Notes: generated from the letters alone by a model not told the origin. Counted from the first letter of the stretch, positions 1-7,989 are shown. The stretch is DNA of 32,000 bases from Candidatus Lokiarchaeum ossiferum (GCA_025839675.1 CP104013.1:4590001-4622000), one strand, 5' to 3'. Made by a program: numbers and translations.

Positions 1-742
1 CATTGGCGAGAAGGTGATGGAACATATCCAAGTTTGGAAATGACTCTTTCCATGGATAATAAAGCCCACTTAGATTTATCTCATACAACATATTTGAGTT
101 CCTCACCAAATGACCTAATTCGATTGTTGGAAAGTATTGTCTGTATTCGGGAGTGAACCAAATATGATGATTTGTTAAAAATCGAAAAATGACATCTGGA
201 TGGGCCACTACATCAAAAAGCTGACTGTGAATCAATTTATGCAATTTATCAAAATATTTGCCAAGAACTTTTGAAAAAGATCCATGTTTTTCAACCAACC
301 ATTGTAAATCTCTTAGAACTGTAATTGCTCGGAAATCTTCTATCTCATGGGCACTTCCTACAATCAAATCGAATTCATTTTGATAGTCCTCTAAAAAATT
401 CTGGAGTTGGTCTTCTCTTTCGGGATAATATTCTAATTCCAAGCCTGATGAAATATGTTTGTAGTGTTCTTTTGCTGAATCTATTTCTTCTAAATATTCT
501 GATAAGGTTTCAGGATTTAAGATAGAATTTCGCGTGTTAATGTGGGATTTCTCAAAACATGCCAATTCGTAGTGATCTGCAAATCCAATATGAATCTTAT
601 ATTTTTCAGATAATTGAGCATATTTTTCAATTGTGGCTCCTGAAGAAGCATCTATGGACCAATTTGTGTGTACATGGAGATCAAAATCCCAATTAGGTGC
701 AATTTTTCGGAATATTCTGTAATGATTCGCTCTATTTGGCAT
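1..742 (-). CDS. PHP-domain metal-dependent phosphoesterase (histidinol-phosphatase/HisJ-like family); C-terminus cut by window edge
   Basis: Absent from the ORF track because it runs off the window. Manual minus-strand translation from ATG (742-740) gives MPNRANHYRIFRKIAPNWDFDLHVHTNWSIDASSG...GFADHYE...LELEYYPE...VGSAHE...VVAHPDVIF. These are the successive His/Asp/Glu metal-ligand motifs of the PHP fold. The frame stays open to position 1. The start lies 1 nt from the Hef stop codon (744-746). Confidence 0.7.
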   Translation of the reverse strand, partial: MPNRANHYRIFRKIAPNWDFDLHVHTNWSIDASSGATIEKYAQLSEKYKIHIGFADHYELACFEKSHINTRNSILNPETLSEYLEEIDSAKEHYKHISSGLELEYYPEREDQLQNFLEDYQNEFDLIVGSAHEIEDFRAITVLRDLQWLVEKHGSFSKVLGKYFDKLHKLIHSQLFDVVAHPDVIFRFLTNHHIWFTPEYRQYFPTIELGHLVRNSNMLYEINLSGLYYPWKESFPNLDMFHHLLAN

Positions 743-743
743 C

Positions 744-3155
744 TCATTCATCTTTCTCGGAATTAACGTTTCCATGGTCTAAATAATCGGCATTTGCATA
801 CTTGAAAATATTTTGTGCAATAGCTGGGCCGATATTTGGGACTTTTTGAATTTTTTTTTCGTTGGCATTCAATAACTCACGCAACGTTCTAAATTCAATC
901 AATAAATCTTTAGCTCTCGAAGCATTTATTCCTGGAATTCCAGAAATTATGAATTCTAATTGTTCGGGTATTTTTTCGGGAAATTTTTTGAATCTAATAG
1001 AAAAATGTTTTGAAGGTTTGTCTGATTGTTCTTTTTTAGCTAAAGCTATTAAAATCTCAGCTGTTTCTTCAGGGGAGGTTGTTTGATATAAAAATATCCT
1101 CATTTTTAACAAAATACTGGTTAAAGTTCCTAATACGGCTGCTCGATTAATTGATGTTATCGAATTTATTCCTCCCTCAATTATTAAAATTGGAATCGTG
1201 AATTGAGTCTTTAGCCGTTGAAGTTCGTTAAAAAGTCGACCATCTTTTATTGAACTAATAAAATCCGGAATTGATTTTCGCTCTATTCCACACTGCTCCG
1301 ATATTATATAATCTCCCGTTGGTAATTTTTGGATTGATACATTTGCATTTCTTTCAGCTAACTCACGTGTTACTGAAGATGCCGTTTCTCGAGAATCAAC
1401 TAAGATATAAGGTTTTGATTTGTCTAGGGGTATAGAAATCTTTCCTAAATTATCTGATTGGAGTAGATCTGGTGCAGAATTTGGTTCTTTTGGATCATTT
1501 TGCAGTTTAGAGTCTTTTTCTTGGGGGGATTTTATTTCCTTATTTGGGTTATTTGGTGTTTTTTTTAAAAATGCAGTTAAGCTCTTTTGCCCCCGATTTT
1601 CTGATGAATTTGCCATTGGTTGTATTTCTCTTCGAATATCATTTAAAACTCTTTTCATTTCCTTCTCACGATGTTTTTCAGCCCAAAAATATCCTTCTTC
1701 CCGAGTTCCCATGGTTTTAAAAATTATGACTTTTCCCGATCGGTTTCGTCCAGTTCTTCCTCGTCTTTGGATTGCACGAATTTCACTAGGTACCACATCA
1801 AAGAAGATTACAACATCACATTCTGATATGTCTAATCCTTCTTCTGCAACTGATGTCGCTACCAATGTATTATATACTCCACTCTTAAACTGTTGTAAAA
1901 TTTCAAGTTGTTGTTTTTGAGACAAGCCTTTTTCTTTTCCTTTTTTCTGTTGTCCCACAAAGCTATGGGGGTGGATTAATGTATTTTTCTCAATTTGCTC
2001 AACGATATTCTTGACCGTATCTCGGAAATGGCAGAATACCAATACGCGGGAGTCTGGGCTTTCAGTGAATTGTTCCATCAGTAGACTCATCAGAAGTGCC
2101 ATTTTAGGATGATCTATATGGTTTTTGGTGAGATGAGATATTTTTTCCATAACGTCTTGCATCTGAGTGCTCTGAAAGAGTTCCTTTAGCGACTTTCCTC
2201 CTTTCCCTTGTTTGACTTGTTCTACATTTTTATCAAGATATGCTTTCAAAGAATTGATTCCTTGAGCTTCCAATAATTCGCTCATATGGGAAATGCGAAT
2301 TGCATTGGCTAACAATTTCTTACAAAATAACAAACGGGGAAGATCATTTCCTTGTTGTGCCTTAATGATCATTCCATCTAACATTTTTCCTGCTGCAAGT
2401 AGATCTTTGCGTGAAATCTTACGAATATCTTCGGAATCTAAAATTTCATTTTTCTTGAGTTCGCTTAAGATTAATTTTTGCAGGTTCTCAAATGCTTTAA
2501 GCACTTCGAGCATTTCTTCCGGAAGATCGACATTTTTCCATATCGTTTCCACTTCTTGAATATAGGGTTTCACATCTGGATCTGAGTCAGTTCTAATTTC
2601 AATAGCATCAAGATATAGATTTTGCATAACCTCTTTTATTTTCTCTCTATTTTTACCTGGAGATGCTGTCATTGCCAGTATTTTTGGATCATTTGCATTT
2701 TGCATATATCGTTTGGCTAAGAAGGTATAAGCATAATTTCCTGTTGCCCGATGGGACTCATCAAAAATCATTAATGATATGTTTTTTAAGGAAATTCGGC
2801 CTGAAATTAGATCATTTTGCAATATTTGCGGAGTCATGAAAAGACATCGCGTGATATCTTCTTGATAAAGTTGTTTACGTTTTTCTGGGGTTATGATTCC
2901 TGTCATCATTAGTAGTGAATCAGGATCAATGTTGGTTAAATTCTGAAAGGTACGTAAATGTTGTTCCACCAAAGGACGTGTGGGTGCAAGGAATATTATT
3001 TTAGTATCATTATTCTTTAACCTTTGTAAACTTAACAGTAGTGCGATTATGGTTTTTCCCAATCCCGTTGGAACTACCACTAAACAATTTGATTTTGTAC
3101 AAGTCACGAAAATATCGACTTGAAATTTGCGCTTTAGTAAAACATTCTCTTTCAA
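744..3155 (-). CDS. hef: Hef: SF2 helicase fused to XPF/ERCC4-type structure-specific endonuclease (FANCM-like)
   Basis: 803-aa ORF. Helicase motifs: PTGLGKT (I), FDESH (II, DExH), TASPG (III), QRRGRTGR (VI). C-terminal nuclease signature GDYIISEQCGIERKSIPDF (GDxnERKxxxD). Tandem helix-hairpin-helix follows (GIPGINASRAKDLL ... VPNIGPAIAQNIF). Start is TTG at 3155-3153, with no in-frame ATG/GTG upstream before the stop at 3212-3210. Confidence 0.92.
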   Translation of the reverse strand: MKENVLLKRKFQVDIFVTCTKSNCLVVVPTGLGKTIIALLLSLQRLKNNDTKIIFLAPTRPLVEQHLRTFQNLTNIDPDSLLMMTGIITPEKRKQLYQEDITRCLFMTPQILQNDLISGRISLKNISLMIFDESHRATGNYAYTFLAKRYMQNANDPKILAMTASPGKNREKIKEVMQNLYLDAIEIRTDSDPDVKPYIQEVETIWKNVDLPEEMLEVLKAFENLQKLILSELKKNEILDSEDIRKISRKDLLAAGKMLDGMIIKAQQGNDLPRLLFCKKLLANAIRISHMSELLEAQGINSLKAYLDKNVEQVKQGKGGKSLKELFQSTQMQDVMEKISHLTKNHIDHPKMALLMSLLMEQFTESPDSRVLVFCHFRDTVKNIVEQIEKNTLIHPHSFVGQQKKGKEKGLSQKQQLEILQQFKSGVYNTLVATSVAEEGLDISECDVVIFFDVVPSEIRAIQRRGRTGRNRSGKVIIFKTMGTREEGYFWAEKHREKEMKRVLNDIRREIQPMANSSENRGQKSLTAFLKKTPNNPNKEIKSPQEKDSKLQNDPKEPNSAPDLLQSDNLGKISIPLDKSKPYILVDSRETASSVTRELAERNANVSIQKLPTGDYIISEQCGIERKSIPDFISSIKDGRLFNELQRLKTQFTIPILIIEGGINSITSINRAAVLGTLTSILLKMRIFLYQTTSPEETAEILIALAKKEQSDKPSKHFSIRFKKFPEKIPEQLEFIISGIPGINASRAKDLLIEFRTLRELLNANEKKIQKVPNIGPAIAQNIFKYANADYLDHGNVNSEKDE

Positions 3156-3406
3156 GAGAGGGTGGTTAATAAATTGGGTATTTGCTATGCAAATTTCACC
3201 TCGTACATTCTATATTAAAATCATTTGCTTACTCTTTATAAAGTCCTAGGTTTAGATGCTTTTCTTGTTTATAATCCAAGTAAGAATTAAATGAACGAAA
3301 TCAAAACATCGATGAAATTCGCATAACCTATTTAAGTAGAAAAAATGAAGATATATTAGAATTCTGTTTTCTGATTGGGTAAAATCAATTGGAATGGCAG
3401 TTTTTT

Positions 3407-3411
3407 GGAGG
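3407..3411 (+). promoter_or_regulatory. Shine-Dalgarno-like GGAGG 8 nt upstream of the histone ATG (3420)
   Basis: GGAGG is read directly at 3407-3411. It supports the 3420 start over the 3375 start given in the ORF track. Confidence 0.5.
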
Positions 3412-3419
3412 ATTTAATC

Positions 3420-3698
3420 ATGGCAAAGAAAAAAGCAGCAGCGAAGAAAAAAGCACCTGCTAAAAAGAAAGTCGTCAAATCGACTTCTGAAAATCGTAGT
3501 TCTTTTATCTCGAAAGCACCAGTACGTCGGTTAATGAAGGGAGAAGGGGCTGGTTTAGTTAGTGATGAAGCAGTCAAGCTACTCATTGAACAACTTGAAA
3601 AAAATGCAATTCAAACCACCAAAAAAGCTTTAACTCTAGTCAAAGATGAAAAGCGAAAACGTTTAACTGCAGAAGATATTACCTGGGCAACCCGATAA
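3420..3698 (+). CDS. Archaeal histone-fold protein with ~33-aa lysine/alanine-rich N-terminal tail
   Basis: The core SKAPVRRLMKGEGAGLVSDEAVKLLIEQLEKNAIQTTKKALTLVKDEKRKRLTAEDITWA aligns by eye to the HMf-type histone fold: DNA-binding Arg near the start, then the 'RK..L.AEDI' end of helix 3. It is preceded by MAKKKAAAKKKAPAKKKVVKSTSENRSS. A GGAGG sits 8 nt upstream of this ATG. Confidence 0.85.
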   Translation: MAKKKAAAKKKAPAKKKVVKSTSENRSSFISKAPVRRLMKGEGAGLVSDEAVKLLIEQLEKNAIQTTKKALTLVKDEKRKRLTAEDITWATR

Positions 3699-3716
3699 TT
3701 TCTTCCCTTTTTTTAA
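3699..3716 (+). terminator. Oligo-T tract directly after histone stop (archaeal intrinsic-terminator-like)
   Basis: tttcttccctttttttaa immediately follows TAA (3696-3698), with a T7 run at 3708-3714. Confidence 0.45.
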
Positions 3717-3795
3717 TTCAACAAAGTAAATTTCTTTTTTCTCGGTTTTGATGGTATTAAAAAAGTTAAATTGTAAGATTTTCTTTGAGATCTTA

Positions 3796-4212
3796 ATGAA
3801 AATCATTAATTTTTCTCCTGATATGTATGAAGAGGTTTATAATATCTGGGTACTAACCGGTCTATCCCTTGGAAGTTCAGATACCAAAGAACAAATAACA
3901 AATGTCTATCATCGCAATCCCAATACTTTTTTGGTCGGCATGCTCGATAAAAAGATCGTTGCTGTTGTTATGGGTGGTTCTGATGCCCGGAGAGGTTATG
4001 TTCATCATCTCGCAGTCCATCCTGATTATCAACGCAAAAATTACGGTAAAGTTATCATGGATGAGCTCATAAAACGATTTATTTCCCTCGATATCAAGAA
4101 AATTCATCTTTTTATTGAAAAATCGAACAAAGGAGTAGAGTCCTTTTATCGAAAAATTGGCTGGATTTTGCGTGACGATCTAAAAATGATGAGTTTTGTT
4201 CTTGAAAGATAA
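3796..4212 (+). CDS. GNAT-family N-acetyltransferase
   Basis: GNAT motif A region HHLAVHPDYQRKNYGKVIMDELIKRF (Q/RxxGxG/A-like acetyl-CoA loop) and the downstream ...NKGVESFYRKIGW. I prefer the start at MKIINFSP (3796). The track's longer 3748/3751 start adds a hydrophobic leader that is not typical of GNATs. Confidence 0.75.
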   Translation: MKIINFSPDMYEEVYNIWVLTGLSLGSSDTKEQITNVYHRNPNTFLVGMLDKKIVAVVMGGSDARRGYVHHLAVHPDYQRKNYGKVIMDELIKRFISLDIKKIHLFIEKSNKGVESFYRKIGWILRDDLKMMSFVLER

Positions 4213-4221
4213 TTTTTTTTT
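4213..4221. terminator. T9 run between convergent gene ends
   Basis: Nine consecutive T immediately after the GNAT TAA (4210-4212). On the other strand it abuts the stop of the 4220-4468 ORF. Confidence 0.45.
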
Positions 4222-4468
4222 ATAATTCGTTGTTTTCTTTATCTAAATTGCTTGGAAGGGCATGAGGTGGTTTTTGCTTTTCAATCGAAACAAAATTTTC
4301 TAACATCTCGCATGAGATTTTGTCTATCTCATTAAAGGAGAGTAGTTTTATGACAATATGGATGATATAGTTAAAAAGATTCTTCAAAAGTGGATAATTT
4401 GCGTAGATTGCATAGAAATAAACATTTTGGATAAGCTTTAGAAGTTTCTTTTTATCGTTTGAATTCAT
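4220..4468 (-). CDS. Hypothetical small protein (82 aa), uncertain
   Basis: It is an ORF only. It has no recognisable motif and Asn/Ile/Lys-rich composition typical of AT-rich sequence. It fills an otherwise empty gap downstream of the tRNA. Confidence 0.3.
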   Translation of the reverse strand: MNSNDKKKLLKLIQNVYFYAIYANYPLLKNLFNYIIHIVIKLLSFNEIDKISCEMLENFVSIEKQKPPHALPSNLDKENNEL

Positions 4469-4596
4469 ATTATTTCATAGGGGGAAATCGCCAAAAATAA
4501 TAGTCATGGTAAAAATTTTTTAGATTTAGGGTGATCGAAAGTAAAATTATTGCAATCCTTAAAATTAGAGAAAATTGATAATAAAAATGCAAATTA

Positions 4597-4672
4597 TGGT
4601 AGGGAAACAGGGACTTGAACCCTGGACTTCTTGCGTGTGAGGCAAGCGAAATAACCACTAGTCTATTCCCCT
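4597..4672 (-). tRNA. tRNA-Val (anticodon CAC), 3' CCA encoded
   Basis: The reverse complement folds by hand into a 76-nt cloverleaf, AGGGGAA-UA-GACU-AGUGGUUA-UUUC-G-CUUGC-CUCACAC-GCAAG-AAGUC-CAGGG-UUCAAGU-CCCUG-UUUCCCU-A-CCA. The acceptor stem has 7 bp (A1-U72, one G-U). The anticodon and T stems are perfect 5-bp stems. U8, U33, G18G19 and the T-loop UUCAAGU are present. The D stem has only two Watson-Crick pairs. Confidence 0.85.
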
Positions 4673-4727
4673 ATTTTTGAAAAGGAAAAACTGAGCTTTT
4701 GAATTTTAGAAGATTAAAAAATGTTTC

Positions 4728-5021
4728 TTAATAGTTTTCATTGATCAACCAAGCCACAGGAACCATTTGATTGGACCCGTCTGGTAAGCTTCGTCGAATG
4801 GTTATAGGGAGGACTTTGTGTTCCAATTCATAGGCCGCAATTTCCATCGGATCAGTTATAAGTGGTGGTATATCAGTAAAAGGTGATGCTTGAAATGAAA
4901 TTTGTAAAGCTCGGGCTCCAATGATTCGCGATCTTTCATATCGAGTAATAAATATACTACCGATCTTGATTCGTTTTTCCGCTGCAGTATAATCCTCATA
5001 ACGTTTAAGAGTTCGTGACAT
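4728..5021 (-). CDS. rpoK: DNA-directed RNA polymerase subunit K (Rpo6, omega/RPB6 homologue)
   Basis: 97 aa carrying the hallmark ITRYERSRIIGARALQIS...P segment and C-terminal ...PITIRRSLPDG of Rpo6/RpoK. Confidence 0.9.
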   Translation of the reverse strand: MSRTLKRYEDYTAAEKRIKIGSIFITRYERSRIIGARALQISFQASPFTDIPPLITDPMEIAAYELEHKVLPITIRRSLPDGSNQMVPVAWLINENY

Positions 5022-5210
5022 AAGATTTTCTTCCTTTCGTTCAGAAAAATAATAAGGTAATAAACCATCCGTTTGTAAAAAATTTTATCATTGACCGTTC
5101 ATAGAACGTAAAAAATTTATCTAAATCAAGCTTAATTTTTCCTAGCGATAAAACGGCGGTTATTTTTCACGAGAAAAAAAAAAAACGATATTGCTCCAGA
5201 GACCGTAGAG

Positions 5211-5741
5211 TTGAAAAACGGAAGGAAAGTCCTTCTGCGTATGATTCAAAAAGCAGATTTAGATGGGATTTGGGAGAATTTTAATGTTGTGGTGGCAGAA
5301 GGTGTTTATTTGCCCGTGTACACTCCAGTTATTTCTGATTGGGAAAAAAAAACTTGGTATAACGATCTCTTTGAAACGGGAAATTTTTGTGTGATAGCTC
5401 AAGATTTAGAGGGAGTACAAAAGAATCTTGTTGCGGGGCAAGTCACCATTGAAAATTTGAACTGGGAAGCTGCAGATCATGTAGGATTACTTGGAATTAT
5501 CGTTAATAAAGATTTTAGAAACTTGGGTTTGGGTTGGGCTCTTATTGAATATACTAAAAAGATCGCTTTAAGACGAGGAAAATCAAAATTGAACCTTTCT
5601 ACGCTTGCGACTAACACTCGAGGGATTCATTTATATCAAAAATGTGGATTCAATGCGATTGGGTTTTATTCGAAACAATATTTGATCCAAGAAGAATATG
5701 TGGATGAATTGCTCATGGAATGTTTCCTCGAAGAAGTCTAG
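5211..5741 (+). CDS. GNAT-family N-acetyltransferase
   Basis: 176 aa with a TTG start. Motif A GIIVNKDFRNLGLGWALIEYTKKIA (RxxGxG) and motif B ...GIHLYQKCGFNAIG are typical GNAT. Confidence 0.8.
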   Translation: MKNGRKVLLRMIQKADLDGIWENFNVVVAEGVYLPVYTPVISDWEKKTWYNDLFETGNFCVIAQDLEGVQKNLVAGQVTIENLNWEAADHVGLLGIIVNKDFRNLGLGWALIEYTKKIALRRGKSKLNLSTLATNTRGIHLYQKCGFNAIGFYSKQYLIQEEYVDELLMECFLEEV

Positions 5742-5839
5742 GTTGAGTTAAAAAAATCTTGTTAAAGATATTAAAGTAGAAAAAATAATAGTATTATGCA
5801 GTAATCATTTTTTATTTGTAAAAGTTGGAGCTCGAATCT

Positions 5840-6382
5840 ATGTCAGAAATCCCTGTTATGAAAGTTTTCTTTGCTGGAGAAGGTGGTGTTGGTAAATCTA
5901 CTATGGTAGAGCGAATTGTGACCGGAATTTTCAACGATAAACTAATCATGACAATTGGGGTGAATCATGCTGTAAAGACCATGAAGACAGATGATGGGAG
6001 AGATGTCACTCTTCAAATCTGGGATATTGGTGGTGAAGATCGGTTTCGATTCGTAGTACAAAGTTATGTAAAAGGGTCATCAGCCGGAGTTATTGCATTT
6101 GATACCACGCGGATGTCCACATATTTGCATCTTACTCATTGGTTAGATATCATTCGAGAAACAATACCCTCAGCGCCATTATTTCTTGTTGGGATGAAAT
6201 CTGATCTTGATACTGCAAATTTAGACAGAGATCAATATAAGGAACTAGTGGAAAAATATCATTTGGAAGAATTAATTTTTACAAGCAGTAAAACTGGAGA
6301 AAATATTGAGGAAACTTTTCAAAAACTTGCAAATTGTTTGCCACAAATTCCTCAGTATTACCGAAAAGCAGAAGAAGCTTAA
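5840..6382 (+). CDS. Rab/Ras-like small GTPase
   Basis: G1 GEGGVGKS; switch-I Thr in MTIGV; G3 WDIGGEDRF; G4 GMKSD; G5 TSSKTG. The overall layout aligns to Rab (TIGV..., LQIWD..., ...RF...YY/YV.G..G.I..FD). GGAG at 5827-5830 lies 9 nt upstream of ATG 5840, which supports that start over TTG 5825. Confidence 0.9.
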   Translation: MSEIPVMKVFFAGEGGVGKSTMVERIVTGIFNDKLIMTIGVNHAVKTMKTDDGRDVTLQIWDIGGEDRFRFVVQSYVKGSSAGVIAFDTTRMSTYLHLTHWLDIIRETIPSAPLFLVGMKSDLDTANLDRDQYKELVEKYHLEELIFTSSKTGENIEETFQKLANCLPQIPQYYRKAEEA

Positions 6383-6389
6383 AAAAAAT

Positions 6390-6411
6390 AAATGGATTTC
6401 AAAATCCATTT
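6390..6411. terminator. Perfect hairpin between convergent GTPase and guaA ends
   Basis: AAATGGAT-TTCAAA-ATCCATTT, an 8-bp stem with a 6-nt loop, extendable to 10-bp arms. It starts 8 nt after the GTPase stop (6380-6382) and ends 10 nt before the guaA stop (6421-6423). A-rich and T-rich flanks make it usable in both directions. Confidence 0.4.
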
Positions 6412-6420
6412 TACTAAAGA

Positions 6421-7989
6421 TTATTCGAATTCAATTGTTGATGGGGGTTTATTTGAGATATCATACACCACGCGGTTGAATCCTTTAACCTCGTTGATTA
6501 TTCGCGTGCTTATATGTTCTAATACTTCCCAATCTATTTTTGCAAAGTTGGCTGTCATAGCATCAATACTCTCAACAATCCGCAAACCACAAAGATATTC
6601 ATAGGTTCGAAAATCTCCCATGACTCCAACAGATTTCACTGGGAGGAATACCGCAAATGCTTGCCAAACGTGATTATATAAACCTGCATTTCGAATTTCC
6701 TCAATGACAATAGAATCTGCTTCACGAAGAATTTCAAGTTTTTCTTTGGTGATATCTCCGATACATCTTACTGCTAAACCTGGGCCAGGGAAGGGATGGC
6801 GTTCAATCAATTCTCTGGGCAATCCGAGTTGTTTTCCCAGTTCTCTTACCTCATCTTTATACAAATCCTTAAGTGGTTCTAAAATTTTGAGTTTCATATC
6901 ATCTGGAAGTGCTAAATTATGATGTGATTTAATTTTACTGGATGTTTTTCCTCCAGAACCCGCTTGAGATTCAACTCGGTCGGGATAAATCGTTCCTTGA
7001 GCTAAAAACTTAATATTATCAAATTTTTGTTCCAGTTCAATGGCTTTTCTTTCAAATACATCAATGAAAGTGTGTCCTATAATTTTGCGTTTCTTCTCTG
7101 GATCCTCCACACCTTTCAAATTCGTTAAAAATTCTTCTTCTGCATCGGCTAAGTGAAAATTTGCAAATTTAAATTTATTCTGAAACCAATCACAGACTTG
7201 TTCTACTTCATTTTTTCGCAATACTCCATTATTGACAAATATTAAGTGAACTTTATCACCAATTGCTTTTTTCAATAATGCTGCGACAACCGAAGAGTCA
7301 ACACCACCCGATAATCCCAAAATTACATGGTTTTCTCCCACTGTATTTTGAATATCTTTAATTGCATCATCAATCCAATTTTCAATCTTCCACTCAGGAT
7401 TTGCTTTGCAGATTTGGAATAGAAAATTCCGGAACATGGTTTCTCCATGGACTGTATGGTTAACTTCAGCATGAAATTGAAATGAAAAGATTTTTTTAGC
7501 AATATTCCCCATCGCTGCAATGGGGCATGTATCAGTTGAGGCAAATATTTCAAACCCTTCTGGTAATTCTTCCACTTGGTCGCCATGGGACATCCAAACG
7601 ATTTCTTCAGAATTTAAACTGTCAAATATGGATGTTTGTTGTTTCAAAGTAATAGTTGCTTTCCCAAATTCTTTTTCATCATGGGCAACTATTTTACCTT
7701 GGTAATGCTGACCAATTAAATGGTGGCCGTAGCATAATCCCAAAAGGGGTGTTTGATGTTCTTTGATATAATCCCAAAATTCTTCTAAGGGTTGAGGTGC
7801 TCCTTCCTCATAGACCGAAGATGGGCCTCCAGATAAAATAACCCCAATTGGATTTATCGATTGAATTTTACTTTTTGAAGTATTAAAAGGAAGAATTTCA
7901 GAATAAACTCCAAGATCTCGAACCCGCCTAGCAATTAAATGAGCAAGTTGAGATCCAAAATCAAGAACGAGTACTGTGTCCATGTACAT
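6421..7989 (-). CDS. guaA: GMP synthase (glutamine-hydrolysing), fused GATase + ATP-pyrophosphatase
   Basis: N-terminal class-I amidotransferase (VLVLDFGSQ..., GLCYGHHL with catalytic Cys, HAEV). PP-loop SGGVDSSV. C-terminal dimerisation/GMP-binding domain ending ...KPPSTIEFE, the canonical GuaA C-terminus. Confidence 0.95.
   Translation of the reverse strand: MYMDTVLVLDFGSQLAHLIARRVRDLGVYSEILPFNTSKSKIQSINPIGVILSGGPSSVYEEGAPQPLEEFWDYIKEHQTPLLGLCYGHHLIGQHYQGKIVAHDEKEFGKATITLKQQTSIFDSLNSEEIVWMSHGDQVEELPEGFEIFASTDTCPIAAMGNIAKKIFSFQFHAEVNHTVHGETMFRNFLFQICKANPEWKIENWIDDAIKDIQNTVGENHVILGLSGGVDSSVVAALLKKAIGDKVHLIFVNNGVLRKNEVEQVCDWFQNKFKFANFHLADAEEEFLTNLKGVEDPEKKRKIIGHTFIDVFERKAIELEQKFDNIKFLAQGTIYPDRVESQAGSGGKTSSKIKSHHNLALPDDMKLKILEPLKDLYKDEVRELGKQLGLPRELIERHPFPGPGLAVRCIGDITKEKLEILREADSIVIEEIRNAGLYNHVWQAFAVFLPVKSVGVMGDFRTYEYLCGLRIVESIDAMTANFAKIDWEVLEHISTRIINEVKGFNRVVYDISNKPPSTIEFE

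Noticed and set aside
325-525. 66-aa plus-strand ORF
   Set aside because: It lies antisense inside the PHP-domain gene, whose minus-strand frame carries clear conserved motifs.
1420-1920. 166-aa plus-strand ORF, and similar ORFs at 862-1086 and 2293-2559
   Set aside because: They are antisense to Hef. Their Ser/Phe/Leu-rich composition is what is expected from reading a K/E-rich gene backwards.
3156-3212. Possible N-terminal extension of Hef (in-frame ...TQFINHPL upstream of the TTG start)
   Set aside because: There is no ATG/GTG/TTG in this stretch before the in-frame stop at 3212-3210. The TTG start already leaves a normal-length lead-in to the first helicase motif.
3375-3419. Longer histone start (MGKINWNGSFLEDLI...) given in the ORF track
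   Set aside because: The GGAGG at 3407-3411 is positioned for the ATG at 3420, and the extra 15 residues would include that ribosome-binding site. The shorter form gives a clean Lys-rich tail.
4470-4658. 62-aa minus-strand ORF
   Set aside because: It overlaps the tRNA-Val gene (4597-4672) on the same strand. Its translation is low-complexity, so it is an artefact of ORF calling.
4856-5068. 70-aa minus-strand ORF overlapping rpoK in another frame
   Set aside because: The rpoK frame carries the conserved Rpo6 signature, while this frame has none.
6392-6604. 70-aa plus-strand ORF at the guaA 3' end
   Set aside because: It overlaps the conserved GuaA C-terminal domain on the opposite strand. 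Its start lies inside the intergenic hairpin.
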